64,000 nucleotides of DNA from UHGV virus genome UHGV-0131811. The stretch is one strand, 5' to 3'. Positions 29,683 to 38,924 of this stretch are shown one piece after another. The notes beneath the pieces are model-generated. The model was not told the origin of the DNA and did no database searches. It saw nothing but the letters and a program-made list of their open reading frames with translations. Positions within the stretch are counted from its first letter, which is position 1. Each line of letters opens with the position of its first letter. Both the position numbers and the translations under genes were made by a program. This DNA comes from a virus.

Positions 29683-30483
29683 TTAGTGCAGTTGCTCAGC
29701 AGACTCTTTTTCAGCCATAGCTGAGATTTGCTTCACAAAATCATCACCGAAGTTAATGCGTAGTTTCTCTTCAATGATTGAAGCACCGATGTTCACCAAA
29801 ACATCATTGATTGCTTGCATACTAACGCCACCAGTCATCTCTTCAATGAACTCAATACTTACACCCATCATCTGTGAAAGTTGGATTAGTGCAACGATAT
29901 TCATCATCGTAGAGATAGCTGGAATCATCAGTGCAACTTTCACCTGAAGAGGTTCTATATCAGCTACAGAGTCATTTTCAACAGCTTCTTCCAAAGACTC
30001 TTTAGTTTGCTGGATAATTTCTTTGATTCGTGGGCTTAACTCTTCTACGCCCCAATCAAGTTTTTCATATCGTGAAAGTTTCTCTTCCATGCGCTTCTCA
30101 AGAACTGCCATAACAGCACTTGTTGATGAGATTAGTGTGTCAATAAGGAAATCAGTATCCTTAGTCAGCAATAGTTCCTTTTCTTCATCTGACATCCTGA
30201 TATAGTCATTCTTTTGCATTTCATAAAAAATGAACTCTGCAAGCGCATCAACACCGACTGCAATAGATGCAAGGGCAAGTGTAGTATCTGACAACATCAT
30301 ATTAACCTGCTCTGCAAAAGCACCGTTATCAGTTTTATCTTCAGGCAAGTTATAGCTTTTTGGCATAAACTGTTCTGTATAGTTATTTCCACGAAGAATC
30401 ATAGCCATGCTTTCTACAGCATTGATTAAAAATGCTTCATCAATACCTTTTTCTTTAAGCATTTGGTCTACAGTAGTATTCAT
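29683..30483 (-). CDS. hypothetical early protein
   Basis: 266 aa acidic helical ORF. Confidence 0.5.
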   Translation of the reverse strand: MNTTVDQMLKEKGIDEAFLINAVESMAMILRGNNYTEQFMPKSYNLPEDKTDNGAFAEQVNMMLSDTTLALASIAVGVDALAEFIFYEMQKNDYIRMSDEEKELLLTKDTDFLIDTLISSTSAVMAVLEKRMEEKLSRYEKLDWGVEELSPRIKEIIQQTKESLEEAVENDSVADIEPLQVKVALMIPAISTMMNIVALIQLSQMMGVSIEFIEEMTGGVSMQAINDVLVNIGASIIEEKLRINFGDDFVKQISAMAEKESAEQLH

Positions 30484-30484
30484 A

Positions 30485-30907
30485 TTATTTCTCTCTCAGT
30501 TGGTTAAGTTTCTTTCTAGAGCATTTTAAGTTTTCAGATGAAGAAAAGTCAAGTGTCTTTTCAGAACGTGGATAGTAATGCCTGTCCCAAGAAGTTTCAA
30601 CATCGTTAATCAGTGATGCTAGATTACACAGGTCTGTACCACTTTGCAACCTCTTTTTAAGAGAATCTAGTAAAGCAACTGTATCTTTAGCTTTACGTCT
30701 AGCTATAGCAACATCTTTCATGTGCTCGAACACAGAGCATTTTAAGTCATCTTCATAGTCTTCTGATAACTCTATTTCATGTTGTATATCAACCATTCTC
30801 CTGTGATGGTGAGCATATTCCCGTTGAGCAGCAATGTCAAGTTCTTCCAACTTCTGCAAAGCTCTAACAAAGTCAGCTATGTCTGGGTGAACAAACATTT
30901 TCTGCAT
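30485..30907 (-). CDS. hypothetical early protein
   Basis: 140 aa ORF, first gene leftward from the divergent region. Confidence 0.5.
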   Translation of the reverse strand: MQKMFVHPDIADFVRALQKLEELDIAAQREYAHHHRRMVDIQHEIELSEDYEDDLKCSVFEHMKDVAIARRKAKDTVALLDSLKKRLQSGTDLCNLASLINDVETSWDRHYYPRSEKTLDFSSSENLKCSRKKLNQLREK

Positions 30908-31164
30908 GTAAGCCTCTTTTAAGTAACTATTAAGTTTTAATCTTTTATCTTAACGTATTCTATACGTTATACTTTAAAGCTTTTTAAAAGCTATTAAATA
31001 ATCTTTTAAGAGCTTTAAAGTATCTGTATAGTTAAACTGTTAAGTAACCTTTTAAGTAAAAACCCACTTCGCAAAGATTAACACCTTGTCAAGTACATTG
31101 TCAACTTGCTTTTTATAATTTTTTGCAGTAATGTATGAGGTTAATGATTTTAGAGGGAGTAAAA
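30908..31164. promoter_or_regulatory. AT-rich divergent intergenic control region
   Basis: 257 bp between oppositely oriented first genes; palindromes CTTTAAAG and AGCTTTTTAAAAGCT; a TATAAT hexamer at 31114..31119. Confidence 0.45.
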
Positions 31165-33864
31165 ATGGAAAACGTAGATTTTAAAAACTTACATTTAGTT
31201 GGTGATACAGAAACTGATGGTTTACTCCTTGAGTTCACTAAAGTTCACGTAATGGCTTTCGCAGACTACAAATCTGACGACGAAGAACCACCAGTATGGG
31301 TCTTTACTGATGAGCCTATTCTCGGTCACAAGTACACTAAGTACATCAAGGGTGGATTACGTGAAGGTATTGAGTTTGCGTTGAAGGCAAAACGACTTTG
31401 TATCCATAATGGTCTCGGTTATGACTGGTGGGTTTTCAATCACATTGCACCGGATTTATGGAACTTTGATAACCCAAAATGTAAGCCGTGGAGTAATTTC
31501 TTTCAGGACTCTCTTATCCAGTCTCGTGTTCAGTGGATGGATAGACCAACTCCAAAGGGTTATAAAGGTGCTCATGGTTTGGCTGCATGGGGTGCTCGTG
31601 TTGGTGTTCGTAAGCCAGAGATTGAACATTGGGGTGTGTGGAATGCAGAAATCTTCACTCGTGTTGTAGAAGATATCCGTATTAACGCCAAAACTAAACG
31701 GGCACTTGATAACGAGTTTCTCAAGCTTAAGAAGTGTGGTATAGACACTTATGAAACCTACATGCGAGCTAAAGAAACATCTTTCTGGATGAGTCAACAG
31801 GCTATCAATGGTTGGAAAGCTGATAAAGAGCTTATGGAGTTCCATGTAAAGGAGCTTGACAAATTGACTAATGAACTTGCTTCAGAGGTTGAACCACATC
31901 TACCTCCAACTATTAAGACCAAAGGTAAAGTCACTGGAGAAGAGTTTGCAAAAGCTTGGAATGAGTATGTTGAAACATTCGGTCATGCAGATGGACTGAA
32001 GAGAATTACCAAGTACCCTAAAACAAAGTATCGTCAGCAGGTACGTAACGGTGAGATGCAGACTTATGAAATCAAACCATTTGGTAAGCCAACTACAAAG
32101 ATTTTTAACATTGAAAAGAGAAATTGCTATACACCAACCAACTCTGTAACTGGTGAAGAGTACAAGGAAGGCTTTGTAGCAATGAAGGATGCTCGTGCAA
32201 TTTGCAATGAGTTGAATGCAAAGATTGGTAAGAAATGCAAAGACTGGAAGCCAGTAAAAACAGTCAAAACTGTGAAGTACTATAACAGCCACGTTGTTAA
32301 CCACTTTGAACTTGAGTCAAGTCGCTACACAGGATTGATTGATGCACCATATACACCAATTGAGTTTGAAGTTTCTCGTATGACTCAGGTAGCAGTTGTA
32401 AAAGACTACTTGAAATCAGTTGGTTGGATTCCAGATGACTGGAACTACAAGAAAGACTCAGACGGTCGCCCTGTCAAAGTTTGTCGTTTCAAAGACAATA
32501 AAAAGATGATTACAAAACATCCTAAGTGGCAGGAGATGGTAGAACGGTGTGGATTGAGTTATGTCGAGCATGAAGGCGTCCAGTACATCGAGCATAACTG
32601 GTCTGTGAAGAAGTACACAGATTTGCTTGAACCTTGCTTAATCCGTACTTCACCAAAACTTACGGAATCATCTTATGATACGATTGAAGGTGAGCTTGGA
32701 CAGAAGATTGCTAAGTACTATACTTTGATGCACAGACGCAGAACTATTGAGAACTCAAAGGATGATGAAAAAGGTTGGTTGAACCAGATTCGTCCTGATG
32801 GTCGCCTTAGTGCTGGCGCAATGGTGTTTGGTACTTCAACTGGACGTATGACACAATATGGTATTGTAAACGTACCGTCTGGTGCTGCTGTCTATGGGGA
32901 ACCAATGAGGGCAGTGTGGATTTGCGAGGAAGGTACTAACGTTGTCTCTGTAGATATGAACTCAGCCCAGCTAGTTCTTCTTTGTAACTTTATGGGTGAT
33001 AAAGAGTTCACCAAAGCGGTAACGCAAGGTAAAGAAGAGATTGAGTTTATTCGTCAAGAAGATGGACGCTATTACTGCAAACATTTTGATGAGTACCTCA
33101 ACCCAGAGATTGATAAGTACCTTCGCTATGACTCTGAGAATGACCTGTACGTTGTCTATTCAGGGACTGATGCACATACACTGAACAGTATTTACTTTAG
33201 CTTGAATGATGAGCAGGACATCTTGACTTGTCGAGCTACTCAGGATGAGAATCTTCTTCATGAGATTAGTAAAGGTCGTAAGAAAGCTAAGAATGGTATC
33301 TATGCACTGCTGTTCGGTGCAGGGGATGAGAAGTTTGCTAAGACGATTAAAGCTGCAACTACTCAGGAAGGTGCACTGACTAAACAAACTTACTTTATTC
33401 GTTTGCCTAAAATTAAGAAGCTACTAGATGACTTGGAAGCTGACTACAAAGCAACTAAAAAGGCACTTGAAGAGGTGTTTGGTAAGACTGCTGCAATCTC
33501 TAAAGGGGGTTTTGTAAAGGTTGCTGGAGCTTGGTTGTGGTGTAAATCTCCACATAAGTTATTGAATTATTTGCTCATGGGTTCAGAGGCTCAGATTCAA
33601 AATGAGGCAATTAACCTTGCTTGTAGAAGAGCATGTGAAGAAGGATTGACAAAATTAAATGGACGAAAACCAGCAATTGGTGCTAGGCTTTTGCTGGCAT
33701 ACCACGATGAAAACAGTTGGGAATGCCCAGAAAGTATGACTCAAGAAGTTAAAGCCATAACTGACTGGATGTATGGTCAGGCATCTAAGAATTTAGGTTT
33801 GAAGAGTGAGACGCTTGTAACTGGCACAGGTAAGGTTGGTAAGAGCTGGTTGGAAGTACATTGA
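31165..33864 (+). CDS. DNA polymerase, family A, with 3'-5' exonuclease domain
   Basis: Exo I motif VGDTETDGL; C-terminal YHDE motif; start set at MENVDF (GGAG 7 nt upstream), not the longest-ORF start 31135. Confidence 0.85.
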   Translation: MENVDFKNLHLVGDTETDGLLLEFTKVHVMAFADYKSDDEEPPVWVFTDEPILGHKYTKYIKGGLREGIEFALKAKRLCIHNGLGYDWWVFNHIAPDLWNFDNPKCKPWSNFFQDSLIQSRVQWMDRPTPKGYKGAHGLAAWGARVGVRKPEIEHWGVWNAEIFTRVVEDIRINAKTKRALDNEFLKLKKCGIDTYETYMRAKETSFWMSQQAINGWKADKELMEFHVKELDKLTNELASEVEPHLPPTIKTKGKVTGEEFAKAWNEYVETFGHADGLKRITKYPKTKYRQQVRNGEMQTYEIKPFGKPTTKIFNIEKRNCYTPTNSVTGEEYKEGFVAMKDARAICNELNAKIGKKCKDWKPVKTVKTVKYYNSHVVNHFELESSRYTGLIDAPYTPIEFEVSRMTQVAVVKDYLKSVGWIPDDWNYKKDSDGRPVKVCRFKDNKKMITKHPKWQEMVERCGLSYVEHEGVQYIEHNWSVKKYTDLLEPCLIRTSPKLTESSYDTIEGELGQKIAKYYTLMHRRRTIENSKDDEKGWLNQIRPDGRLSAGAMVFGTSTGRMTQYGIVNVPSGAAVYGEPMRAVWICEEGTNVVSVDMNSAQLVLLCNFMGDKEFTKAVTQGKEEIEFIRQEDGRYYCKHFDEYLNPEIDKYLRYDSENDLYVVYSGTDAHTLNSIYFSLNDEQDILTCRATQDENLLHEISKGRKKAKNGIYALLFGAGDEKFAKTIKAATTQEGALTKQTYFIRLPKIKKLLDDLEADYKATKKALEEVFGKTAAISKGGFVKVAGAWLWCKSPHKLLNYLLMGSEAQIQNEAINLACRRACEEGLTKLNGRKPAIGARLLLAYHDENSWECPESMTQEVKAITDWMYGQASKNLGLKSETLVTGTGKVGKSWLEVH

Positions 33865-34387
33865 TGGTGTTGAAATGATTACAGAAATTCGTCTTAAGGA
33901 GCTATTGGACTACGACCCCGAAACAGGGGTCTTTACTTGGAAGTTTAGAGAAGGTAATGCAAACTTTAACTCTAGATTTGGAGGTAAGAGGGCTGGAAAC
34001 TACAGAACAAATACTGATGGACACAAGTCAGTTCAGTTGCTGATTGATGGAAGGGGTTACCAAGCAAATCGTTTAGTTATCTTGTATATGGATGGATATC
34101 TACCTGATAAAACCTTACAGGTTGACCATAAGAATGGGGACGGTTGGGGCAATAGGTACTTGAATTTAAGGGTTTGTACAGCTTCACAAAACTCTTGCAA
34201 TCGGTCAAGAGAGTCCCCATCTGGGTTGCCAAAAGGTGTACAGAAGATAAGTAAAAGGTTTCGAGCAATGATACGTTTACAAGGTAAAAACTATCATCTT
34301 GGTATGTTTGACACACCAGAAGAAGCCCATAAAGCTTACTGTGAAGCTGCTATTAAACTCCACGGAGAATTTGCAAAACTAAGTTGA
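33836..34387 (+). CDS. HNH homing endonuclease with AP2-type domain
   Basis: VDHKNGDGWGNRYLNLRVCTASQN plus AP2-like C-terminus; shares the YDPETGVFTW block with 23772..24296; start may be the internal Met at about 33878. Confidence 0.65.
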   Translation: MVRAGWKYIDGVEMITEIRLKELLDYDPETGVFTWKFREGNANFNSRFGGKRAGNYRTNTDGHKSVQLLIDGRGYQANRLVILYMDGYLPDKTLQVDHKNGDGWGNRYLNLRVCTASQNSCNRSRESPSGLPKGVQKISKRFRAMIRLQGKNYHLGMFDTPEEAHKAYCEAAIKLHGEFAKLS

Positions 34388-34438
34388 CAAGGTGCTCATG
34401 GAAGAGTACCATATACAATATCTTATATAGGAGGGCTT

Positions 34439-34648
34439 ATGAGCCATCGTGGAAGAACCCATGCAGCAATGATGAAAGGTGCTTCAAAGGAAACTATCAA
34501 GAACCGTAAGCAGAAGTTGTTTGAGAGAATGAATAGACTCATTGATAACACTTCCCTGTCTGGTGGTGAGAAAGTTTTCCTTAAAAGTAGCCTTAAAAGC
34601 ATTGCACAAGAACTTGTAGATATTGAATATTGGAGACATCAAAAATGA
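34439..34648 (+). CDS. hypothetical protein
   Basis: 69 aa ORF. Confidence 0.45.
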   Translation: MSHRGRTHAAMMKGASKETIKNRKQKLFERMNRLIDNTSLSGGEKVFLKSSLKSIAQELVDIEYWRHQK

Positions 34649-34863
34649 CACTTGCAGACGTTATTCAGCAACTTCATGATAACTGCTACACTCCAGATTT
34701 AATTCAGGAGATGTCCATTGTAGTCATGCCTAGCAAGTTCGTAAAAACCTTTAACAACGACGCTTTAAGGTCTACACACATCCTTATCGTTGACGGTAAG
34801 ATTGCAAAAGACCGTACTGGAGTACTCAAAGGTGAACGTGTTGATATTCTGGAGTTGCTATGA
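34645..34863 (+). CDS. hypothetical protein
   Basis: ATGA overlap with upstream stop, GGAG 9 nt upstream; longest-ORF start 34630 less likely. Confidence 0.45.
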   Translation: MTLADVIQQLHDNCYTPDLIQEMSIVVMPSKFVKTFNNDALRSTHILIVDGKIAKDRTGVLKGERVDILELL

Positions 34864-35006
34864 AGAAAATGTACAGTCTCTGGGGAAGGGTTGGTAAAGG
34901 TTTTGACTGGACACTTCTTCGTTCAAACGTTAAACGTAGTGACTTACCAGAACTCATCACTCACTATTTAAAAACATACAGAGAGGTAGACTATCGTGAA
35001 CAATAA
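34860..35006 (+). CDS. hypothetical small protein (48 aa)
   Basis: ATGA-coupled small ORF with GGAG upstream; below the ORF-track length cut-off. Confidence 0.3.
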   Translation: MKKMYSLWGRVGKGFDWTLLRSNVKRSDLPELITHYLKTYREVDYREQ

Positions 35007-35253
35007 GGTTAAGAGTTGTGTGAAAGCAATGGTTGCACTTGGAGTAATTTTTCTGGCTGGCTGCAACCCATCTTATGAAAACAAAGATGCTTCTTACAGC
35101 CTCCCTCCAGAGATGCAAGACTGCAAAATCTACAAACTCAATGGTGATGCTATAAGCAGAGATATTGTTGTTGTCAGATGCCCAAACTCTCAAACAACAA
35201 CATCTTATAGCTATGGCAAAAATGGTCAATCACATACTACGGTTATTGAGTGA
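34996..35253 (+). CDS. small lipoprotein (candidate superinfection-exclusion factor)
   Basis: GTG start; signal peptide with lipobox (FLAGC); 85 aa. Confidence 0.5.
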   Translation: MNNKVKSCVKAMVALGVIFLAGCNPSYENKDASYSLPPEMQDCKIYKLNGDAISRDIVVVRCPNSQTTTSYSYGKNGQSHTTVIE

Positions 35254-35263
35254 GGTTTTCACG

Positions 35264-35470
35264 ATGGAAGCCCTAGTAAACTATATCTATTGTTATGATG
35301 TTGTTCACTCCACTACAACCGTAGCTCAACGTAACCCAATCGTCCCACGAGAAGGTGAATTGGTTCGCATTGAGGGTTGGACTTACACTGTGGAAAGTAT
35401 CATTCATAAGTTTGATGTTGCTGGTGATGTTCAAGTTATCGACGTAGAGATTGGTGGTAAGAGAAAATGA
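35264..35470 (+). CDS. hypothetical protein
   Basis: Start at MEALVNY with GAGG upstream, avoiding overlap with the lipoprotein gene. Confidence 0.4.
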   Translation: MEALVNYIYCYDVVHSTTTVAQRNPIVPREGELVRIEGWTYTVESIIHKFDVAGDVQVIDVEIGGKRK

Positions 35471-35625
35471 AACCTAAGCAAACAATGACAGATGCAACCT
35501 TCACAGTGCGCAGTTTCGAAAGGTTGCACATCAAAGATGCAAAAGATACACCAAAATGCGTTGTGCATTTCATTAAAAGGCGTAGTAACATGTCATATAT
35601 GAAATCTGACAAAGGCAAGAGATAA
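35467..35625 (+). CDS. hypothetical small basic protein (52 aa)
   Basis: ATGA-coupled small ORF filling the gap before 35626. Confidence 0.3.
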   Translation: MKPKQTMTDATFTVRSFERLHIKDAKDTPKCVVHFIKRRSNMSYMKSDKGKR

Positions 35626-35844
35626 ATGAACAAAGAAGATAAGCATAAAAATACTGTACGAACTCCTGATGGAAAGGTTCAATCCTTCATCCTTACAGTT
35701 GGTGGAAAGCCATTTCGTTGCCACTGCGGAGCAAACTGTTTCCATAAACCAGATAAAAATGACTTAGAGCTTTACGCATGTAATGCTTGTGACACTTGGT
35801 ATCACTCAGAGGTGAAAAATGACAACACTGTACAAACAAAATAA
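35626..35844 (+). CDS. small Zn-finger-like protein
   Basis: CHCGANC...CNAC cysteine/histidine pattern. Confidence 0.45.
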   Translation: MNKEDKHKNTVRTPDGKVQSFILTVGGKPFRCHCGANCFHKPDKNDLELYACNACDTWYHSEVKNDNTVQTK

Positions 35845-36919
35845 AGACGGTTCCTTCAACATCTGGTCATGCGGTGCTATAGGTAACAAAGTTATTACAA
35901 CCTACGGTAAAGAAAATGGCAAGATGATGTTTGAAGAGTATACAGCAGAACCTAAAAACATCGGTAAAAAGAATGAGCGTAACGCTGAACAGCAAGCTCT
36001 CTTTGAAGTTGCTGCTAAGTATAAAAAGCAAGTTGACCGCAAAGGTTATGCTTACACAAAAGAGTCTGCACAGAATACTGAGAAGGTAGGTGTACAGCTT
36101 GCTCATGATGCTGCAAAGGTTAGTCATGCAAAGTATCTGAAGTTCCCTGCTGATGCTCAACCAAAACTTGATGGTGTTCGTTGTAGAATTTCAAGAGATG
36201 CTGATTCAGTTAGCTTCACGGCTTATTCTCGTGAGAATACTGTTTACAACGTCCCAGTAGAACTAATCCCAGATTTGCTTTTGTTGCTTAAATTACATCC
36301 ACAAGTCGAAGACTTTGATGGTGAGATTTATGCTCATGGTTGGGACTTAGAAGATATTGTGTCTATGATTAAGAATGCTGACAATCCAGACCGACATCTA
36401 CTCCAGTTCTACTGGTATGATATCTGTGACAGTGCTAAGACGTGGCCTGAGCGTAGAGATATTATTGAGACTTCACCATTGAATGACTTCAGAGACGGCT
36501 GTAAAGTTGTCCCTGTTAAGTCTCGTCGTGTTAACTCTTGGGAAGAGTTTGATGAAGCTCATGATAAGTGGGTTGAAGCTAAGTTTGAAGGTGCAATGTA
36601 CCGTTCAATCTCTGAAGACTCCTTCTATGAGTGTTGTCACCGTTCGTACTTCTTGATTAAGCACAAGAAGATGCACACTGAAGAGTTTAAAGTGACTGGT
36701 GTCAAGACTGATAAACGTGGTCATGGCAAGTTCGTTGTAGAGACTCTTCCTAATGTCTTTGTAGATGTCTCATGGAAGACTACTCATGAGAAGAAACAGT
36801 ATCTTGCTGAGCATCCTGATGAGTTTATCGGGAAGCCTTTAACGGTTCAGTTCCAGAAGATGACTCGTAAGGGCTCTTTACAGTTCCCTGTCGGGCTAGT
36901 TATTAGGGATTATGAATAA
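35819..36919 (+). CDS. ATP-dependent DNA ligase
   Basis: Adenylation motif I KLDGVR; about 366 aa. Confidence 0.7.
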   Translation: MTTLYKQNKDGSFNIWSCGAIGNKVITTYGKENGKMMFEEYTAEPKNIGKKNERNAEQQALFEVAAKYKKQVDRKGYAYTKESAQNTEKVGVQLAHDAAKVSHAKYLKFPADAQPKLDGVRCRISRDADSVSFTAYSRENTVYNVPVELIPDLLLLLKLHPQVEDFDGEIYAHGWDLEDIVSMIKNADNPDRHLLQFYWYDICDSAKTWPERRDIIETSPLNDFRDGCKVVPVKSRRVNSWEEFDEAHDKWVEAKFEGAMYRSISEDSFYECCHRSYFLIKHKKMHTEEFKVTGVKTDKRGHGKFVVETLPNVFVDVSWKTTHEKKQYLAEHPDEFIGKPLTVQFQKMTRKGSLQFPVGLVIRDYE

Positions 36920-36922
36920 ACT

Positions 36923-37069
36923 ATGTTAAGTACAATCATTCTGTTTGCATTAGTTATCTTTGTGTTGTCTTACATCACAAGTAAGCTTTTGAACACATCC
37001 TTTGCAATGGGTGTCTTGTTCACAATCTTCTGTTTTGTAACGCATATAGTTATCAGGACTTTTATATAA
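36923..37069 (+). CDS. small hydrophobic membrane protein (48 aa)
   Basis: Two hydrophobic segments; starts 4 nt after the ligase stop; preferred over antisense ORF 36950..37138. Confidence 0.35.
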   Translation: MLSTIILFALVIFVLSYITSKLLNTSFAMGVLFTIFCFVTHIVIRTFI

Positions 37070-37074
37070 AGTTG

Positions 37075-37102
37075 TTGACATAGAAAATTTGGTGAGTATA
37101 CT
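37075..37102 (+). promoter_or_regulatory. sigma70-like promoter (TTGACA-16 nt-TATACT) with inverted repeat overlapping -10
   Basis: Consensus -35 at 37075..37080 and -10 at 37097..37102; GGTGAGTA (37091..37098) pairs with TACTCACC (37123..37130). Confidence 0.5.
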
Positions 37103-37167
37103 GAGCAGCATAAACCAACGGGTACTCACCAACATCACTTAAGAGTCTTCTAAGAGGGTTTTTAAGT

Positions 37168-37262
37168 AATGTGATGTTTGGTTTGGTGTGGTCAGGTAAT
37201 GTGATGTCTGGTTTAGTGCGGTGATGTGCGGTCCGGTAAGGTCCGGTGCGGTAAAGTGCGGG
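37168..37262 (+). repeat. phased pentamer array A: 19 units with invariant GT every 5 nt
   Basis: Read directly: aatGT gatGT ttgGT ttgGT gtgGT cagGT ...; no open frame. Confidence 0.9.
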
Positions 37263-37302
37263 TAGTTAGTCTCAGCTACATTAAAATGAGACTTACCTTT
37301 TT
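37261..37302 (+). terminator. type-1 hairpin (AGTCTCA / GCTACATTAAAA / TGAGACT) followed by TTTTT
   Basis: 7-bp stem plus GGTA/TACC extension, then T-run; same loop with a different stem in locus 2. Confidence 0.45.
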
Positions 37303-37329
37303 AAAAGGTCTTTAAGAGGGTCTTTTAAT

Positions 37330-37399
37330 AAGGTGCTGTATGGTAAGGTGATGTCTGGTGTGGTAGGGTGAGGTTAAGTGAGGTGAGGTATGGGTGGAT
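37330..37399 (+). repeat. phased pentamer array B: 14 units NNGGT
   Basis: aagGT gctGT atgGT aagGT gatGT ctgGT gtgGT agGGT gagGT ... Confidence 0.9.
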
Positions 37400-37425
37400 G
37401 GTAGTAGCCACGTTAAAAATCTACC
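37400..37425 (+). other. type-2 hairpin (GGTAG / TAGCCACGTTAAAAAT / CTACC)
   Basis: 5-bp stem; locus-2 counterpart has GGCAG/CTGCC, a compensatory change. Confidence 0.4.
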
Positions 37426-37483
37426 AAGTTTCTAAAGAGTCTTCTGTTGAGGGTTCTTTACAAACAACTTAACAATCAACTAA

Positions 37484-38089
<606 letters not shown>

Positions 38090-38091
38090 TT

Positions 38092-38532
38092 ATGAATACA
38101 AAAGCATTAGCAGCAAAGTTTAGTTACGGTGACACTGTATCACACTCTGAGATGGATACCTTCTTAGGTATTGTGAAGCCAACTTATCAAGGTGACATTG
38201 TTAAGTACGAAGATGAAATGAAGGCTTATGCGCTTACACGTCTAAACCGACTTGAGAAATTTATTGAGAAGCTTCTTAAAGAAGAGAAGATTTATCTGGT
38301 TGCTTCAATGGGTGTTGGTTATCGTGTGGTTGAGCCTAAACATCAAGCAACTATTGCAAAACGCAAAATGTCTGGTAAGATTGGTCGAGCTTTAAAGCAA
38401 GCCACTCAAGCAATTGAGAATGTGAACACTATGGCACTTAGCCATCAAGAACGTTCACGACTGATTGAACAGCAAAACCATTTAGCTGCTATGAAAGCTA
38501 ACATTAACAAGCAACGCAGAAAACCTTTCTAA
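38092..38532 (+). CDS. hypothetical protein
   Basis: 146 aa helical ORF followed by terminator. Confidence 0.55.
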   Translation: MNTKALAAKFSYGDTVSHSEMDTFLGIVKPTYQGDIVKYEDEMKAYALTRLNRLEKFIEKLLKEEKIYLVASMGVGYRVVEPKHQATIAKRKMSGKIGRALKQATQAIENVNTMALSHQERSRLIEQQNHLAAMKANINKQRRKPF

Positions 38533-38543
38533 GTTGACTAGGT

Positions 38544-38566
38544 AGCCTCTTCGGAGGCTCCTTTTT
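38544..38566 (+). terminator. rho-independent terminator (AGCCTC-TTCG-GAGGCT plus T-run)
   Basis: GC stem with UUCG tetraloop then TTTTT; directly precedes repeat locus 2. Confidence 0.6.
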
Positions 38567-38594
38567 AAAAGGTCTTTAAAGAGGGTCTTTTAAT

Positions 38595-38664
38595 AAGGTA
38601 AGGCACGGTTATGTCAGGTATGGTACGGTACGGTTAGGTAAGGTGAGGCGGAGTAAGGTATGGG
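38595..38664 (+). repeat. phased pentamer array C: 14 units NNGGT
   Basis: aagGT aagGC acgGT tatGT cagGT atgGT acgGT acgGT tagGT ... Confidence 0.9.
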
Positions 38665-38666
38665 TA

Positions 38667-38697
38667 GTTAATCGGAGCTACATTAAAATTCGATTAC
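38667..38697 (+). other. type-1 hairpin (TAATCG / GAGCTACATTAAAATT / CGATTA)
   Basis: Loop core GCTACATTAAAAT as in locus 1, stem sequence different but still complementary. Confidence 0.4.
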
Positions 38698-38731
38698 ATC
38701 ACTTAAGAGTCTTTTAAGAGGGTTTTTAAGT

Positions 38732-38806
38732 GAGGTGTGGCACGGTAATGTTAGGTAGGGTCAGGTCAGGTCAGGTGAGGTAAGGTAAGGTGATGTATGG
38801 AAGGAT
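38732..38806 (+). repeat. phased pentamer array D: 15 units NNGGT
   Basis: gagGT gtgGC acgGT aatGT tagGT agGGT cagGT cagGT cagGT gagGT aagGT aagGT ... Confidence 0.9.
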
Positions 38807-38832
38807 GGCAGTAGCCTTATAAAAAATCTGCC
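38807..38832 (+). other. type-2 hairpin (GGCAG / TAGCCTTATAAAAAAT / CTGCC)
   Basis: Counterpart of 37400..37425 with compensatory stem change. Confidence 0.4.
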
Positions 38833-38851
38833 AAATAAGCTATAAAATCTG

Positions 38852-38880
38852 TTGACAAGTCAGGTGTTATAGCTTATTTT
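38852..38880 (+). promoter_or_regulatory. sigma70-like promoter (TTGACA-17 nt-TATTTT)
   Basis: Consensus -35 at 38852..38857; -10-like TATTTT at 38875..38880; upstream of gene 38925. Confidence 0.45.
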
Positions 38881-38924
38881 TATACTCAATGTAATACAAA
38901 ATTTAATATAACTTTGAGGTCATT

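Noticed and set aside
31098-31119. Sigma70 promoter for the DNA polymerase using TTGTCA and TATAAT in the divergent region
   Set aside because: The TATAAT at 31114..31119 is real, but the candidate -35 hexamers are 10 or 22 nt away, so no canonical promoter can be assigned.
31135-31164. Longest-ORF start of the DNA polymerase at 31135 (MRLMILEGVK)
   Set aside because: The ATG at 31165 has a GGAG Shine-Dalgarno 7 nt upstream and the upstream codons overlap that RBS.
36950-37138. Minus-strand ORF 36950..37138 (62 aa)
   Set aside because: It overlaps the plus-strand promoter and lies antisense in a plus-strand block; the 48-aa plus-strand membrane ORF 36923..37069 fits the context better.
38664-38700. 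tRNA-like sequence (TTCGATT resembles a T-loop)
   Set aside because: No acceptor stem, D-arm or anticodon arm can be drawn; I found no convincing tRNA anywhere in the window.
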